NCBI GenBank assembly: GCA_945871905.1
Contig: CAMBXL010000002.1
Span: 134,936 to 198,935 of the forward strand
Direction: 5' to 3'
DNA: 64,000 bases
DNA from: Chitinophaga pinensis
Lineage (GTDB): Bacteria; Bacteroidota; Bacteroidia; NS11-12g; UBA955
Shown here: positions 21,397 to 32,600 of the stretch, in pieces
Position numbering within the stretch: position 1 is the stretch's first letter
Layout: the number at the start of each line of letters is the position of its first letter
The notes under the pieces: model-generated
What the model was told of the DNA's origin: nothing
Databases searched by the model: none
What the model saw: only the letters and a program-made list of their open reading frames with translations
Position numbers and translations under genes: made by a program

Positions 21397-23100
21397 ATGT
21401 ATCAAAACATGCGTTATTTAACTTTATTATTAACATCCATTTGCTCTACTGCTTTATTCTCTCAGTCGAAGGAAACAGTAGTTGCTCAAATAAAATCGGA
21501 TATTACCTACTTGGCATCCGACCAACTTGAAGGTAGATTGACCGGCTCAAGCGGAGAATTGAAATCCTCTTTATTTATTGCTGACGAATTCAAAAAAAAC
21601 AAACTTGTACCTAAAGGGGATTCAGCTTTGTTCTTTCAAAATTTCTCTATCATTCAATTGAGATTAAACACCAATACTATCGCTATGACGATCAGAGACA
21701 AAAAGGAATTGATTCTTGGATTACGTCCACAAACAGGTGATTTTTACCCTTTGTCATACAGTTGCAATGCTGATAGTTTGTTCGACCACCCTGTGGTACA
21801 AGCAGGATATGGAATTGTGGCGCCTCAGTTAAAACACAACGATTACTTGGACAGTAACAACATGAAGGGTAAGGTATTTATTATAAAATTGGGCAGTCCT
21901 AAATCAGGTCAAGCACACTCAGAATATAGTCCTTACGAAAGTTTGTCTTACAAAGTAAATACTGCCATTAAGTATGGTGCAAGAGCTGTAATATTTGTTC
22001 AAGCTGATACTCTATCCAAAAAACCTACCGGATTACTTGACAGAAATATTAAGCCCGGACCAATTCCTGTGTTATTTGCAGACAAATTCACCCATCTCTT
22101 TTTAGATGGAAAATCGGTTAGTTTCCATGTTAAAATAGCTCAACTTAATGCCACTGCGCACAATGTTGTAGGATTTATGAATAATAAAAAAGCTAAAACC
22201 ATTGTTATTGGCGCTCATCAAGACCATTTAGGTTACAATGAATATGGCGGAAGTAGAGACCCACAAAGTGGAGAAATTCACAATGGTGCTGATGACAATG
22301 CAAGCGGTGTAGCTATGATGTTGCAGTTGATGCGCAAAATCAAAAAAACAAAAAAACTGAAAAAATTCAACTACTTATTTATTGCTTTTAGTGGTGAGGA
22401 GCAAGGATTATTGGGTTCGAATCACTTTGTAAATAAACCAACTATAGAACTTAAAGACATTCATTGTATGTTAAACTTTGACATGGTGGGCCGATTAGAT
22501 TCTAACAAAAAAACATTGATGATTTACGGTATTGGAACTGCCCCTGAGTTGAACAATGCTATTAGCAGCATCAAAACAGATACGACTCAAATAAAAATCA
22601 AAACCTCTGAATCGGGAACAGGAAGTTCAGACCACACCAGTTTTTATTACAAAAACATCCCTGTATTGCATTACTTTACTGGTCAGCACCACGACTATCA
22701 TAAGCCAAGTGATGACGAACATTTAATTAACTACGATGGCCTATTTATGGTGTACGACATCACTTTAAATACATTGTTAAACATCAGAAAATATAAACAA
22801 CTTACCTTTACCCCAACTAAAGCCGAAGAAAGCAAACGCATGTCATTCAAGGTAAAACTGGGCATTATGCCAGATTATGCTTTTGATGGATTGGGGGTAA
22901 AAGCAGATGGTGTAAACATGGGAGGTGTTGCACAAATTGCTGGCATGAAAGCCAATGATATAATTATCAAACTTGGGGACTATGAAATTAATTCGATGGG
23001 AGATTATATGAATGCCTTAGCATCATTCGACAAGGGTGATAAAGTAACAGCTACTGTAAAAAGAGGAACAGAAACTATTCAACTAAACATTCAATTTTAA
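21397..23100 (+). CDS. M28-family zinc peptidase with C-terminal PDZ domain, secreted
   Basis: HQDHLG...NGADDNASGVA...SGEEQGLLGS M28 metal ligands; C-terminal PDZ-like GVAQIAGMKANDIIIKLGD. Track start 21367 is a TTG. ATG at 21397 (MYQNMRYLTLLLTSICSTALFSQ signal peptide) is preferred because TATATTTG (-7 element) lies at 21384-21391. Confidence 0.8.
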   Translation: MYQNMRYLTLLLTSICSTALFSQSKETVVAQIKSDITYLASDQLEGRLTGSSGELKSSLFIADEFKKNKLVPKGDSALFFQNFSIIQLRLNTNTIAMTIRDKKELILGLRPQTGDFYPLSYSCNADSLFDHPVVQAGYGIVAPQLKHNDYLDSNNMKGKVFIIKLGSPKSGQAHSEYSPYESLSYKVNTAIKYGARAVIFVQADTLSKKPTGLLDRNIKPGPIPVLFADKFTHLFLDGKSVSFHVKIAQLNATAHNVVGFMNNKKAKTIVIGAHQDHLGYNEYGGSRDPQSGEIHNGADDNASGVAMMLQLMRKIKKTKKLKKFNYLFIAFSGEEQGLLGSNHFVNKPTIELKDIHCMLNFDMVGRLDSNKKTLMIYGIGTAPELNNAISSIKTDTTQIKIKTSESGTGSSDHTSFYYKNIPVLHYFTGQHHDYHKPSDDEHLINYDGLFMVYDITLNTLLNIRKYKQLTFTPTKAEESKRMSFKVKLGIMPDYAFDGLGVKADGVNMGGVAQIAGMKANDIIIKLGDYEINSMGDYMNALASFDKGDKVTATVKRGTETIQLNIQF

Positions 23101-23101
23101 A

Positions 23102-24055
23102 ATGAAAATTATTGACCACATTAAACAGGCCGAAAAGACCTTATTTTCGTTTGAAATTCTTCCTCCTTTAAAAGGGGACAGCATAGACAGTATCTACAAG
23201 GGAATAGATCCATTAATGGAATTTAAACCATCATTTATTGATGTTACCTACCACCGCGAAGATTATGTTGAAAAAAAGAGACCAGATGGTTCATTTACCA
23301 AAGTTTCTACCAAAAAAAGACCGGGAACAGTTGCCATTTGTGCTGCGGTAATGCATAAGTATAAAATAGACACTGTACCACATATTATTTGTGGTGGTTT
23401 TACCAAAGAGGATACCGAAAATGCACTGATTGATTTGAACTTTTTAGGAATTGACAATGTGTTGGCTTTGAGAGGCGACAATGCCAAAAATGAAAATGTA
23501 TTCAGTCCAGAAACTGCAGGAAATTCAAATTCGCTCGACTTGATTCATCAAATCAAAAACATGAATAACGGCATTTATATCGACGAGGAATTAACCAATG
23601 CCAATGTCACTAATTTTTGTATAGGTGCTGCAGGTTATCCTGAAAAACACCACGATGCTCCTAACATGAAAACAGATTTAAAATTCTTGAAAAGGAAAAT
23701 TGAAACTGGTGCAGAATTTATTGTTACTCAAATGTTTTTTGACAACCAAAAATATTTTGATTTTGTTAAAAAATGTAGAGAAAACGACATCCATGTCCCT
23801 ATCATCCCAGGTATAAAACCACTAACGACCAAAAACCAATTGCAATTGCTCCCTAAATTGTTCCATATCGACTTGCCTGATGCTTTAACTGATGAAGTAG
23901 AACAAGCCAAAAACAATGAAGATGTAAAAAAAATAGGCATAGAATGGTGTATTCAACAATGCAAAGAATTAATAGATGCCAAAGTCCCTGTATTACATTT
24001 TTATACCATGGGAAAAAGCGATGCTACGAAACTGATTTGTTCTAAAATATTTTAA
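23102..24055 (+). CDS. metF: methylenetetrahydrofolate reductase
   Basis: FSFEILPP N-terminal motif and MTHFR barrel length; 1 nt after the M28 gene stop. Confidence 0.85.
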   Translation: MKIIDHIKQAEKTLFSFEILPPLKGDSIDSIYKGIDPLMEFKPSFIDVTYHREDYVEKKRPDGSFTKVSTKKRPGTVAICAAVMHKYKIDTVPHIICGGFTKEDTENALIDLNFLGIDNVLALRGDNAKNENVFSPETAGNSNSLDLIHQIKNMNNGIYIDEELTNANVTNFCIGAAGYPEKHHDAPNMKTDLKFLKRKIETGAEFIVTQMFFDNQKYFDFVKKCRENDIHVPIIPGIKPLTTKNQLQLLPKLFHIDLPDALTDEVEQAKNNEDVKKIGIEWCIQQCKELIDAKVPVLHFYTMGKSDATKLICSKIF

Positions 24056-24062
24056 AATTACT

Positions 24063-24995
24063 TTGAAAGGACTGGTAATAAAATCGACTGGTAGTTGGTA
24101 TAATCTTAAAACCGAAGACAATACATTTTTAAAAGCAAGAATAAAAGGCAAAATAAGATTAAAAGATTTAAAAGTCACTAATCCTGTTGCAGTTGGCGAT
24201 ACCATTGAGTACGAATTGGAAAGCGGAGGTGATGAAACCTATGGCGTCATTACGGATGTACACAAGCGCCACAACTACATGATAAGAAAAAGTAATAAAC
24301 TGAGTAAGCAAGGTCAGATTATTGCCTCAAACATAGACATGGTGTTATTGATAGTCACTATCAGTCAACCTAAAACATCACTAGGATTTATTGATCGTTT
24401 TTTGGTTATGGCAGGTGCGTTTCATATTCCCGTTGTGTTGGTTTTCAATAAATACGATTTATATACCGATGAGGAAATAGCCTATTATCATTTTCTGAAA
24501 AACCTATATGAAACAATAGGATATCGCTGTGTGGCTTGTTCATCACATATGGATTCCCTAAAACCCCAGCATGTATTACTCGATATTATTAAAGACAAAA
24601 CCGTATTACTAAGTGGTCATTCGGGTGTTGGCAAATCGACCATATTGAATCAATTAATTCCGGAGGCCTTTCAAAAAACCGACATTATCAGTGTGATGCA
24701 CTCTCGCGGGAAACACACTACCACTTTTGCAGAACTATTTTTTGTAAACGACAATACTGCTATCATCGACACACCGGGAGTCAGAGATTTTGGGATTATA
24801 GACATAGAAAAACCCGAAATTGGGCATTATTTTCCTGAAATTCGAGAATACATGAAAAAGTGCAAATTCCATAATTGCATTCATTTAAACGAGCCAGAAT
24901 GTGCCGTAATTAAAGCAGTAGAAGAAAAACAAATATCCGCTAGCAGGTATTACAATTACCTGAGTATCTTAGAAAATAACGATGTTTTTAATTGA
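24063..24995 (+). CDS. rsgA: ribosome small-subunit-dependent GTPase A
   Basis: Circularly permuted GTPase motifs (NKYDL, GHSGVGKST) and C-terminal zinc knuckle CKFHNCIHLNEPECAV. TTG start. Confidence 0.9.
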   Translation: MKGLVIKSTGSWYNLKTEDNTFLKARIKGKIRLKDLKVTNPVAVGDTIEYELESGGDETYGVITDVHKRHNYMIRKSNKLSKQGQIIASNIDMVLLIVTISQPKTSLGFIDRFLVMAGAFHIPVVLVFNKYDLYTDEEIAYYHFLKNLYETIGYRCVACSSHMDSLKPQHVLLDIIKDKTVLLSGHSGVGKSTILNQLIPEAFQKTDIISVMHSRGKHTTTFAELFFVNDNTAIIDTPGVRDFGIIDIEKPEIGHYFPEIREYMKKCKFHNCIHLNEPECAVIKAVEEKQISASRYYNYLSILENNDVFN

Positions 24996-25016
24996 AGTTA
25001 TTTAAGTCCGCTAGTA

Positions 25017-25148
25017 CTAAAAACCGCAGTTGCAGTTCTTCTTTTGCTTACCGCTACCCATTCCTTTACTTCCACCACAGGACTGCATTCCTATCATAAT
25101 AACAAATGCTAGAAGTAATAATCCGATAGTCTTTTGATGATTTCGCAT
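25017..25148 (-). CDS. possible 43-aa lipoprotein-like micropeptide (below ORF-track cutoff)
   Basis: ATG...MRNHQKTIGLLLLAFVIMIGMQSCGGSKGMGSGKQKKNCNCGF*, signal-peptide-like core followed by Cys. Only sequence evidence; no RBS or promoter assessed. Confidence 0.25.
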   Translation of the reverse strand: MRNHQKTIGLLLLAFVIMIGMQSCGGSKGMGSGKQKKNCNCGF

Positions 25149-25200
25149 AATTAGTCAACGAAAATAAGTATAATTTGTTATACTTCATTATTTTTGCAAC

Positions 25201-25875
25201 ATGGAAATAATTAAAAGCGGTTTGGATATTTTGCTACACCTCAATCAATATTTAGAATTGTGGGTTTCGGAATATGGCACATGGATTTATGGTATTTTAT
25301 TTTTGATAATCTTTGTTGAAACTGGTTTTGTTATCATGCCACTTTTACCTGGCGATTCTCTTCTATTTGCGGCAGGTGCATTGGCGGCTTCTCAAGGAGG
25401 AATCAATATTGCCATTCTCATTCCACTTCTTATTTTAGCGGCATTACTTGGCGATAACACCAACTATTTTGTTGGAAAATACTTCGGAAACTTAATTAAA
25501 AGCAAACAAAAAATACTCTTTCTCAAACGTTCACACATTGAAAAAACAGAAGCTTATTATGCTAAATACGGTGGCAAAACTGTTATAATTGCCCGTTTTG
25601 TGCCTATTGTTAGAACTGTTGCCCCTTTTGTAGCTGGTGCAGGTTCTATGACCTACAAAAAATATATTGTTAATTGTATTTTAGGCGCAATTCTATGGGT
25701 AGGTGGTGTTACAGTATTGGGTTATTTAGCAGGAAATATCCCATTTGTTAAAACCAATTTTGAAATTGTCATTTTTGGGATTATAGGCATTTCAGTTCTT
25801 CCTATTATCATAGAAGTTTTTAGAGCTAAAATGAAGCAAAGAAACAAAAATTCGGAAATTATAGATTCTAAATAA
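25201..25875 (+). CDS. DedA/SNARE-associated family membrane protein
   Basis: FVETGFVIMPLLPGDSLLFAAGALAA DedA signature; TATTTTTG -7 element at 25183-25190. Confidence 0.85.
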   Translation: MEIIKSGLDILLHLNQYLELWVSEYGTWIYGILFLIIFVETGFVIMPLLPGDSLLFAAGALAASQGGINIAILIPLLILAALLGDNTNYFVGKYFGNLIKSKQKILFLKRSHIEKTEAYYAKYGGKTVIIARFVPIVRTVAPFVAGAGSMTYKKYIVNCILGAILWVGGVTVLGYLAGNIPFVKTNFEIVIFGIIGISVLPIIIEVFRAKMKQRNKNSEIIDSK

Positions 25876-26615
25876 TGCCTAGTATTGGACTTATCGGCTA
25901 TCCTTTAGAGCATTCTTTTTCACCGCAATATTTTGCTAAAAAATTTGAATCTCTTCAGCTTAACGATTGGCAATACAAATTATTTCCTATTGCTTCTATC
26001 CATACACTGCCTGACATCATTAGGGAAAATCCAGATTTAATAGGCCTAAATGTAACCATTCCTCACAAGCAATCAGTTATTCAATACTGTCAACAAATTG
26101 ACGAAGAGGCCCTACAAATAGGTGCTGTAAATGGCTTAATCATCCAAAGAAACCATAAAGACAACTTCCATCTTAAAGGCATTAATACAGACTGGATGGG
26201 CTTTTACCTAAGTTTAAAAAATGCACTTTCCTTCACTCCACATAGAGCCTTGATTTGTGGCAATGGTGGTGCTTCTTTGGCGGTTCAATTTGCCTTAAAA
26301 AAACTGAATATTCCTTTTCAAATTGTTAGTAGAAACGGGGCATTTACCTATCAAGATCTAAGTGAAGAACTGTTTCAATCGTTCCAACTAGTTATCAACA
26401 CAACACCTGTAGGCACACTGAATAACAGTGAAAGGATACTCCCTTTGCACTATGAAGCTATAAATGCTGATATGTTTTTTTTCGACCTTGTTTACAATCC
26501 TGAAATTACACCTACTATGGAATTATTCATGACACATGGGGCAAGTGCAAAAAACGGTTTAGAAATGTTGCATCTTCAAGCCGACTTGTTTTGGCAATCG
26601 CTCAACTCAAAATAA
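25875..26615 (+). CDS. aroE: shikimate 5-dehydrogenase
   Basis: GLIGYPLEHSFSPQ N-terminal shikimate-binding motif, NTD/Rossmann organisation; start overlaps the DedA stop by 1 nt. Confidence 0.85.
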   Translation: MPSIGLIGYPLEHSFSPQYFAKKFESLQLNDWQYKLFPIASIHTLPDIIRENPDLIGLNVTIPHKQSVIQYCQQIDEEALQIGAVNGLIIQRNHKDNFHLKGINTDWMGFYLSLKNALSFTPHRALICGNGGASLAVQFALKKLNIPFQIVSRNGAFTYQDLSEELFQSFQLVINTTPVGTLNNSERILPLHYEAINADMFFFDLVYNPEITPTMELFMTHGASAKNGLEMLHLQADLFWQSLNSK

Positions 26616-26616
26616 A

Positions 26617-29600
26617 CTACCTCAGCAGTATAAAGCTTGATTTTAAATAGTGGTTTATTCCTCTAAAGTCCTTGACTTTGAATACTGCCAAGTAATATCC
26701 ATCTTGCACAAAGTCACCCTGAAATTTACCATCCCATCCTTTTCCTTCTGTGGTTTGATAGATAAGCTGCCCCCATCGGTTAAAAATACTCATTTCATAA
26801 TTTTTAATCCCCATTCCTACCGGTTCATAAACTTCATTAATGGCATCATCATTGGGTGAAAAAGCAGTTGGCGCATTAAACACAAACAGGTATTTAATTC
26901 TTAATTTTTGAACAAATGAATCGTTACAATTGAATTGAGTTCTAACATACTGTTTAATGTAATAAAGACCACTATCGGGATACAAATGCATTAAGTTTCT
27001 TAAACTTGACTTAGATCCATCACCTAAATCGTACCATAATGTATCGGCACCATTGCTTAAATCCGTAATCGAAATTTCAGGATCTAGAATAGTACCAACC
27101 CCTTTGTCTAGAGAAAACAAGGCACTTGGTTTAGGATAAACTTCTACTTGCTTGGTCGTATCATACAAACAATTGTAATCTGTTTTTATTTGATATTTGA
27201 CATTGTATTTCCCTGCTGAATTATACAAATGAATGGGCTGTTTAATTGAATAGTTTGTTCCGTCATCCATCTGCCACTTGTATTCTATTATTTTGGCGTA
27301 AGGAGTTAAACTACTGTCCTTAAATAGTATTGGATTTTCTATACATACATTTTGAGATTCGAAATTCACCACAACAGGCGGATAACTTGTTATAGTTTTG
27401 ATAACAGAATCGATGCAATTTTGATTGCTAATTGCGGTTAATTTAACACTAAAATCACCTGCTGCAGGGAAACGATGGTAAGGACTCGTGTTGGTATCTA
27501 TCATATAGTTTCCAAAGCGCCAAGTGTAACCTGTTATGTTTCCCCAATCTATGTTAGAGCGATTAGTAAAATTAAATTGATTGTCTACACAGCGGTTGGT
27601 ATCCGAGAAATCAACTTGAGGTAATGGATAAACATTGACATTTTTTTGGACTTGATAAGCGCAATTTTCAGCACTTGTAACCTTTAATAATACAGGTGTA
27701 TTTAGTATCCATTGCTTGTATTGGTATCTTGGATTTTGTACTTTAGCAGAATCACCACCGAAATACCATTGCCATTTCGCAATATTAGTATTTACATAAG
27801 TACTATTGTCTTGAATTCGCAAAGAATCGAGGTAACAATGGTCGAGCAATGTGAAGTTGGGAACTATTTTAGGATAAACAATATGTGGTTTTAAAATTGT
27901 ATCCTTACAGCCTCTTACTGAATTAACAATTAATTGAATATCAAAAGTATCACCTACACTGAAAAGGTGGGTAAAACTTCGGGTTGAATAAGTGCTTGCA
28001 TCTGGCAATAAGTAACTGTAGGTGAGAATAGAATCCTTAGTAATAGTAGACAAGTTTACTATTTTAGAGTTTATAAGTTCACAAACTGGATTAGCCTTAA
28101 AATCAGCAACAGGAAGAGGATAAACCCAAGCCGTTTTTTGGATAGAATCCATACAATTTTGGGTACTTTTTACCACCAATTTCACTGTAAATTGGGTATC
28201 TTTCGGGAATAAATACTTTAATTCATTAGTTTGAATCCACTCATTATTAATACTCCATCGGTAAGAAACAATACTGTCATTATTTATTTGTGACAATTGT
28301 AGCAATTGAGTACTGTCTCCAATACACACATTATTCATTGAAAAATCAGCAGTTGGGCGAGGGTGCACTATTACATTTCTGTAACTGGTGTCTTTACAAT
28401 TGAAATTACTATTTATTGCCAACCCAATCACAAAAGTATCAGCAGTATTATAATAATAGCGGTAAGAAGGTTTATTCAATACATTACCATCACCTGTTAT
28501 CCATTGAATAGTATTGATAGTACCTGATGCAATTTGGCTTAAATTATTGGCAGAAACTGAATCTGTAAAACACACATTGGAAAGCGAAAAACGACTAATT
28601 GGTTTAGGGAAAGCGCTTATAGTTTTGACAAGAGTATCCTTACATCCAAATGGAGATGAAACGAGTAATTTAACAGAGGCACTGGTTTGATTATTCAAAT
28701 CGAGCAACCATTGAGCCGCATTAATAGTATCTGAAGGTGCAGAAGTCCATCTGTTATAATTGATGACATCATTTGAAATAGTTGAAGAATCTATTAATAA
28801 TATAGGTTCTCCTTGACATTTTTGAACGTATGTAAATGCGGCAACAGGCAAAGATTTAACAGTTAATCTTACCGTATCAGACACTTTACATGATTTATTA
28901 TCAGTAACTGTTATTTTATAAGTTCTGCTTGTGTCATTAAATGCAATTACTTGATTATTGGCGTAGTTATTTAGCCCTATATTTGGTGTCCATAACAATG
29001 ATAAAGCTCCATTTCCTTGGAAAGCTTTTGCACTTAATCTCACTTTGTTATTTTGGCAAATTGAAGTGTCTCTTTGGTTCATGGTAACCTTAGGCAACGA
29101 ATAAACTACAGCAACCATGGTGTCTTTAGAACTACAAGTTCCTCTGTTAGTTGTTAGCACATAAGATATTTTTAATGAACCTGTGTCTTCATTTAGCGCA
29201 TTGAATTTTGTTTTTGATTTAGTTTCATTGCTGAGATACAAGTTAGGTGACCAAAAATACTTAAACCCTTTGGTTGAATCGATGCCTATTGTTGTATTTA
29301 ACTTACTGCACAATTGAATATCGGGACCAGCATTTCTTAAAATAGGAACGGGGAATTTGGCAAATGTAAAATTACACGAACATGAAGAGGAATCAACAAC
29401 TACGAATAAATTACATGATTGACCTGCTGCCACCCTTACAGATTGATTGATCAATGCAGATTGATTTCTATTTAAAGCTGACTTAAGGGTATCGGTATAA
29501 ACCACAAAATCGAATGGATCAACAGTTCCTGAGTTATTTTGGTCGTATATGTATTTAAACACAACAGAATTAGCATTAGAAATATTGTTTCCGACATTTC

Positions 29601-32600
29601 TAATATTGAATTGAAGATTTAAAAATTCCGAATCACTATTCACCGATTGAATTTTAGATTTTAAAGATTGAAGCATTAAAGAACCTTTGTAAACATTGGG
29701 CTTACTCAAATTATTACCCGTAATTACATTGATATTACAAAGTGAATTATCTGCCACACATTTAACTTCTTGCTTTACAGCAGCTTGACTGTATAAATCT
29801 TGCGAACCACAACTTAAATCTTTACTATTGGACATAAATCCAAAATTAAACTCCATACTATCTCCTGGCACAATTCCCGACTTTAAGCTCATTTCAACCT
29901 CGGTTGCACTATTGATATTTCTAAATTTAGTAAGCGATGGATTTGGGGCGTTATAAATAGACTGATAAAGAGAAGAATCATAAACCATTCCTTTTATTAA
30001 TATCGCTTGGTATTTATCTTCAATACCTGTTTTATCTGGACCTAAGTTGATTATTCTTACTCTTACTTTCGTACTTTTTTGACACGGTAAAATAGAATCA
30101 GTAAGTACTTTCACGAGAGTAAAGTAAGGTCTACTAACCCCTTTAATATTCAATGAATTACTAATACCAGGATAGGTAATAATTGGTTCACCACATTTAA
30201 TATTTCCTTTGGCGCTAGCACGAATATAATTTCCAGAAGAGTAGTCGCAATCGGTTTGTACTTTAAAGTAAATAATGATTTTATTGCGATTGGTATCTGA
30301 AACCCCTTTAAAGCCTTGACTCAATAAATTATTAATGGAACTCAGAGGCCATTCGTAAGTAGTTCCACTGACCAAAGTAGGATTTGAAATAGCTTGTTTA
30401 AAAGACTTATGAGGATATTTAATGTAACATGAACGGCTGACAATATTCATTCCTATGGGCAGTGTCACAATTGCTTTGGTATTATATGCTGTAGTAGAAC
30501 CAATATTTTCGAGCGTGTATTGATATGGGGTTTGACCACATAAATCAGCAGTCGTAATTGAATCAGTTATACCCACTTGAAATTGGGTGTTTTGAGGTTC
30601 AATATAAAGGGGAATACGGTCTTTTTGGCAATTAAAATTAGCAATATCAGTTGGGTAACCACCACAGTTCCATCCAGAATACAAAATCACACTATCCTTA
30701 TTACAAGTATTATAAGTGGCTCTAATTTTAAATCTACGGGTGTTATTAAACCCAATAGTTCCCAAACGAAATACTCCATTTTTCACAGGCATTAACGTAT
30801 CTCTAACTGCATCTTTTATTTGTATAATTTTTACAGGACCGGAATTATCTGGGGCAAACCAAGTATTTAAATTACTAAAAGATGTTGAGAGATTGGTATA
30901 ATTGACCTCCCATTCTGCGGTATCTTGTGCAGCATAAATGGTGGGAGAAAGTGGTTTAATAGAAACAACAGGACGGTTGTATTGAATGTAATCATCTTGA
31001 GCCGCACTTTTGATAGTATCAAAACCAACCCCGAAGGAGTTTAATTTTTCGAATATAAAGTCGTACTTAATAACCTGAGGGGCAGTAGATGGAATTTCAC
31101 AAGTAGGTTCAAGGTATGCAGCATAAACGCCATGGAAAGCATCATCGCTGTAATTGAATACTCCGCCTGAATCTTTAAAATGCTTAGTAACATCAAATAC
31201 CAAAGGATAGCTTTGTGCATTAATTGGCCTGATGGTATCTTTAATCTCAACAGCTGTTTTATTAGAACCAGCAGTTCGGTATTGATTCAAATACGATCTT
31301 CGGTATTTGTATCCTGGTGGCGTATAAAAACGAATAGCTTTTAGTCTCGAAAAACTTCTGTATTCGTAAGGGAAATAATTATTACCTCCATAGTTAGAAC
31401 AACAAGGACCTATTCCTATGTAATAATTATTAGAAACCCCTATTAAATTACAGTTATTGACATTAATATTATCTCTACCGTAATTTGTGTAATAGTATCC
31501 CGTTAATATTGTTTTACCAGAGAAGGTATCACATTGAAATTTATTAGAATTACTGGTTGGGTTGGCAACATTACTGAGGTAAAATAAGTTACTAAAATTC
31601 TGAATAATGGCATTTCCTCCTAAATTTTCTGTGACTTTGAATTTTATTTTAACGACCACACTGTCGTTGTTAACGTATCTAAAATTTTGTGGCAAACAAG
31701 AACCAAGAGAATCCATACTTAAATCAACTTTAAATGAAGCATTGACGCCAGAAATTGCTTTAACACTTGTATTTCTAAAACAATTCATACGGCTATTTCC
31801 ACCTCGATAAACAGTAATTTCGGCATTTAAAAAAGTTAAAAATCGACCATATCCAATATTAGATTCCGCAAAAAGGTGTCGCCAAGTTGCAATAGTAGAT
31901 GTTCTTTTAACAATACCTGTATAGGTGGCCATTACTGTATCTCCGAACAAGGTCCTCTCCTCTCTTATTTTTAGGGTATCCAAATTCCCAGAATTATCGG
32001 GTAAGCCATCGTTATTGTTGTCTGGTTTACCAAAATTGATTCTTTGAACAGAAAAATTCTTGAACATCATTCCGCCATTACAATTGGAATAACAGTGTAG
32101 TTTGAGTTGCGTTGACTGACAAATTAGATAAAACCATTCCCTTTTAGTACATGATTTATCGGGGCTGTACTTCATTTGTAGTTGAATAGTTTTATTGCCA
32201 TTGGCACCTGTTTGTGAACAATCCGCTTTGAGATAATAAACCAATTCTGCATTGACCAAACTGATTGGAATATTGTTAGGAAAGTAGGAACGTATTGTGT
32301 CACCTTTTTTAACAATACTGTCAGGATTCCATTGTGCTGTTAGTTCAGCATTGATAAAATATAAATCCTTTTTTTGTCTAGAATGACTGAGACCTGAGGG
32401 CAAAATTAAATCAACTATAAAAACCGCAGAGGATGTACTTCTTAATACGCTGGCAGAGGAAATTAAAGTTCTGAACTCACCAACTTGGTTGTTGATTAAA
32501 TCGGATGGGGCAAAAGTGGACGAAGCAAAATAATGCTGGTCATACCATCGACCCCAAGCTGCTGCTAGTTGTAAATTATTCTTGCATTGGTCTTGGTAGG

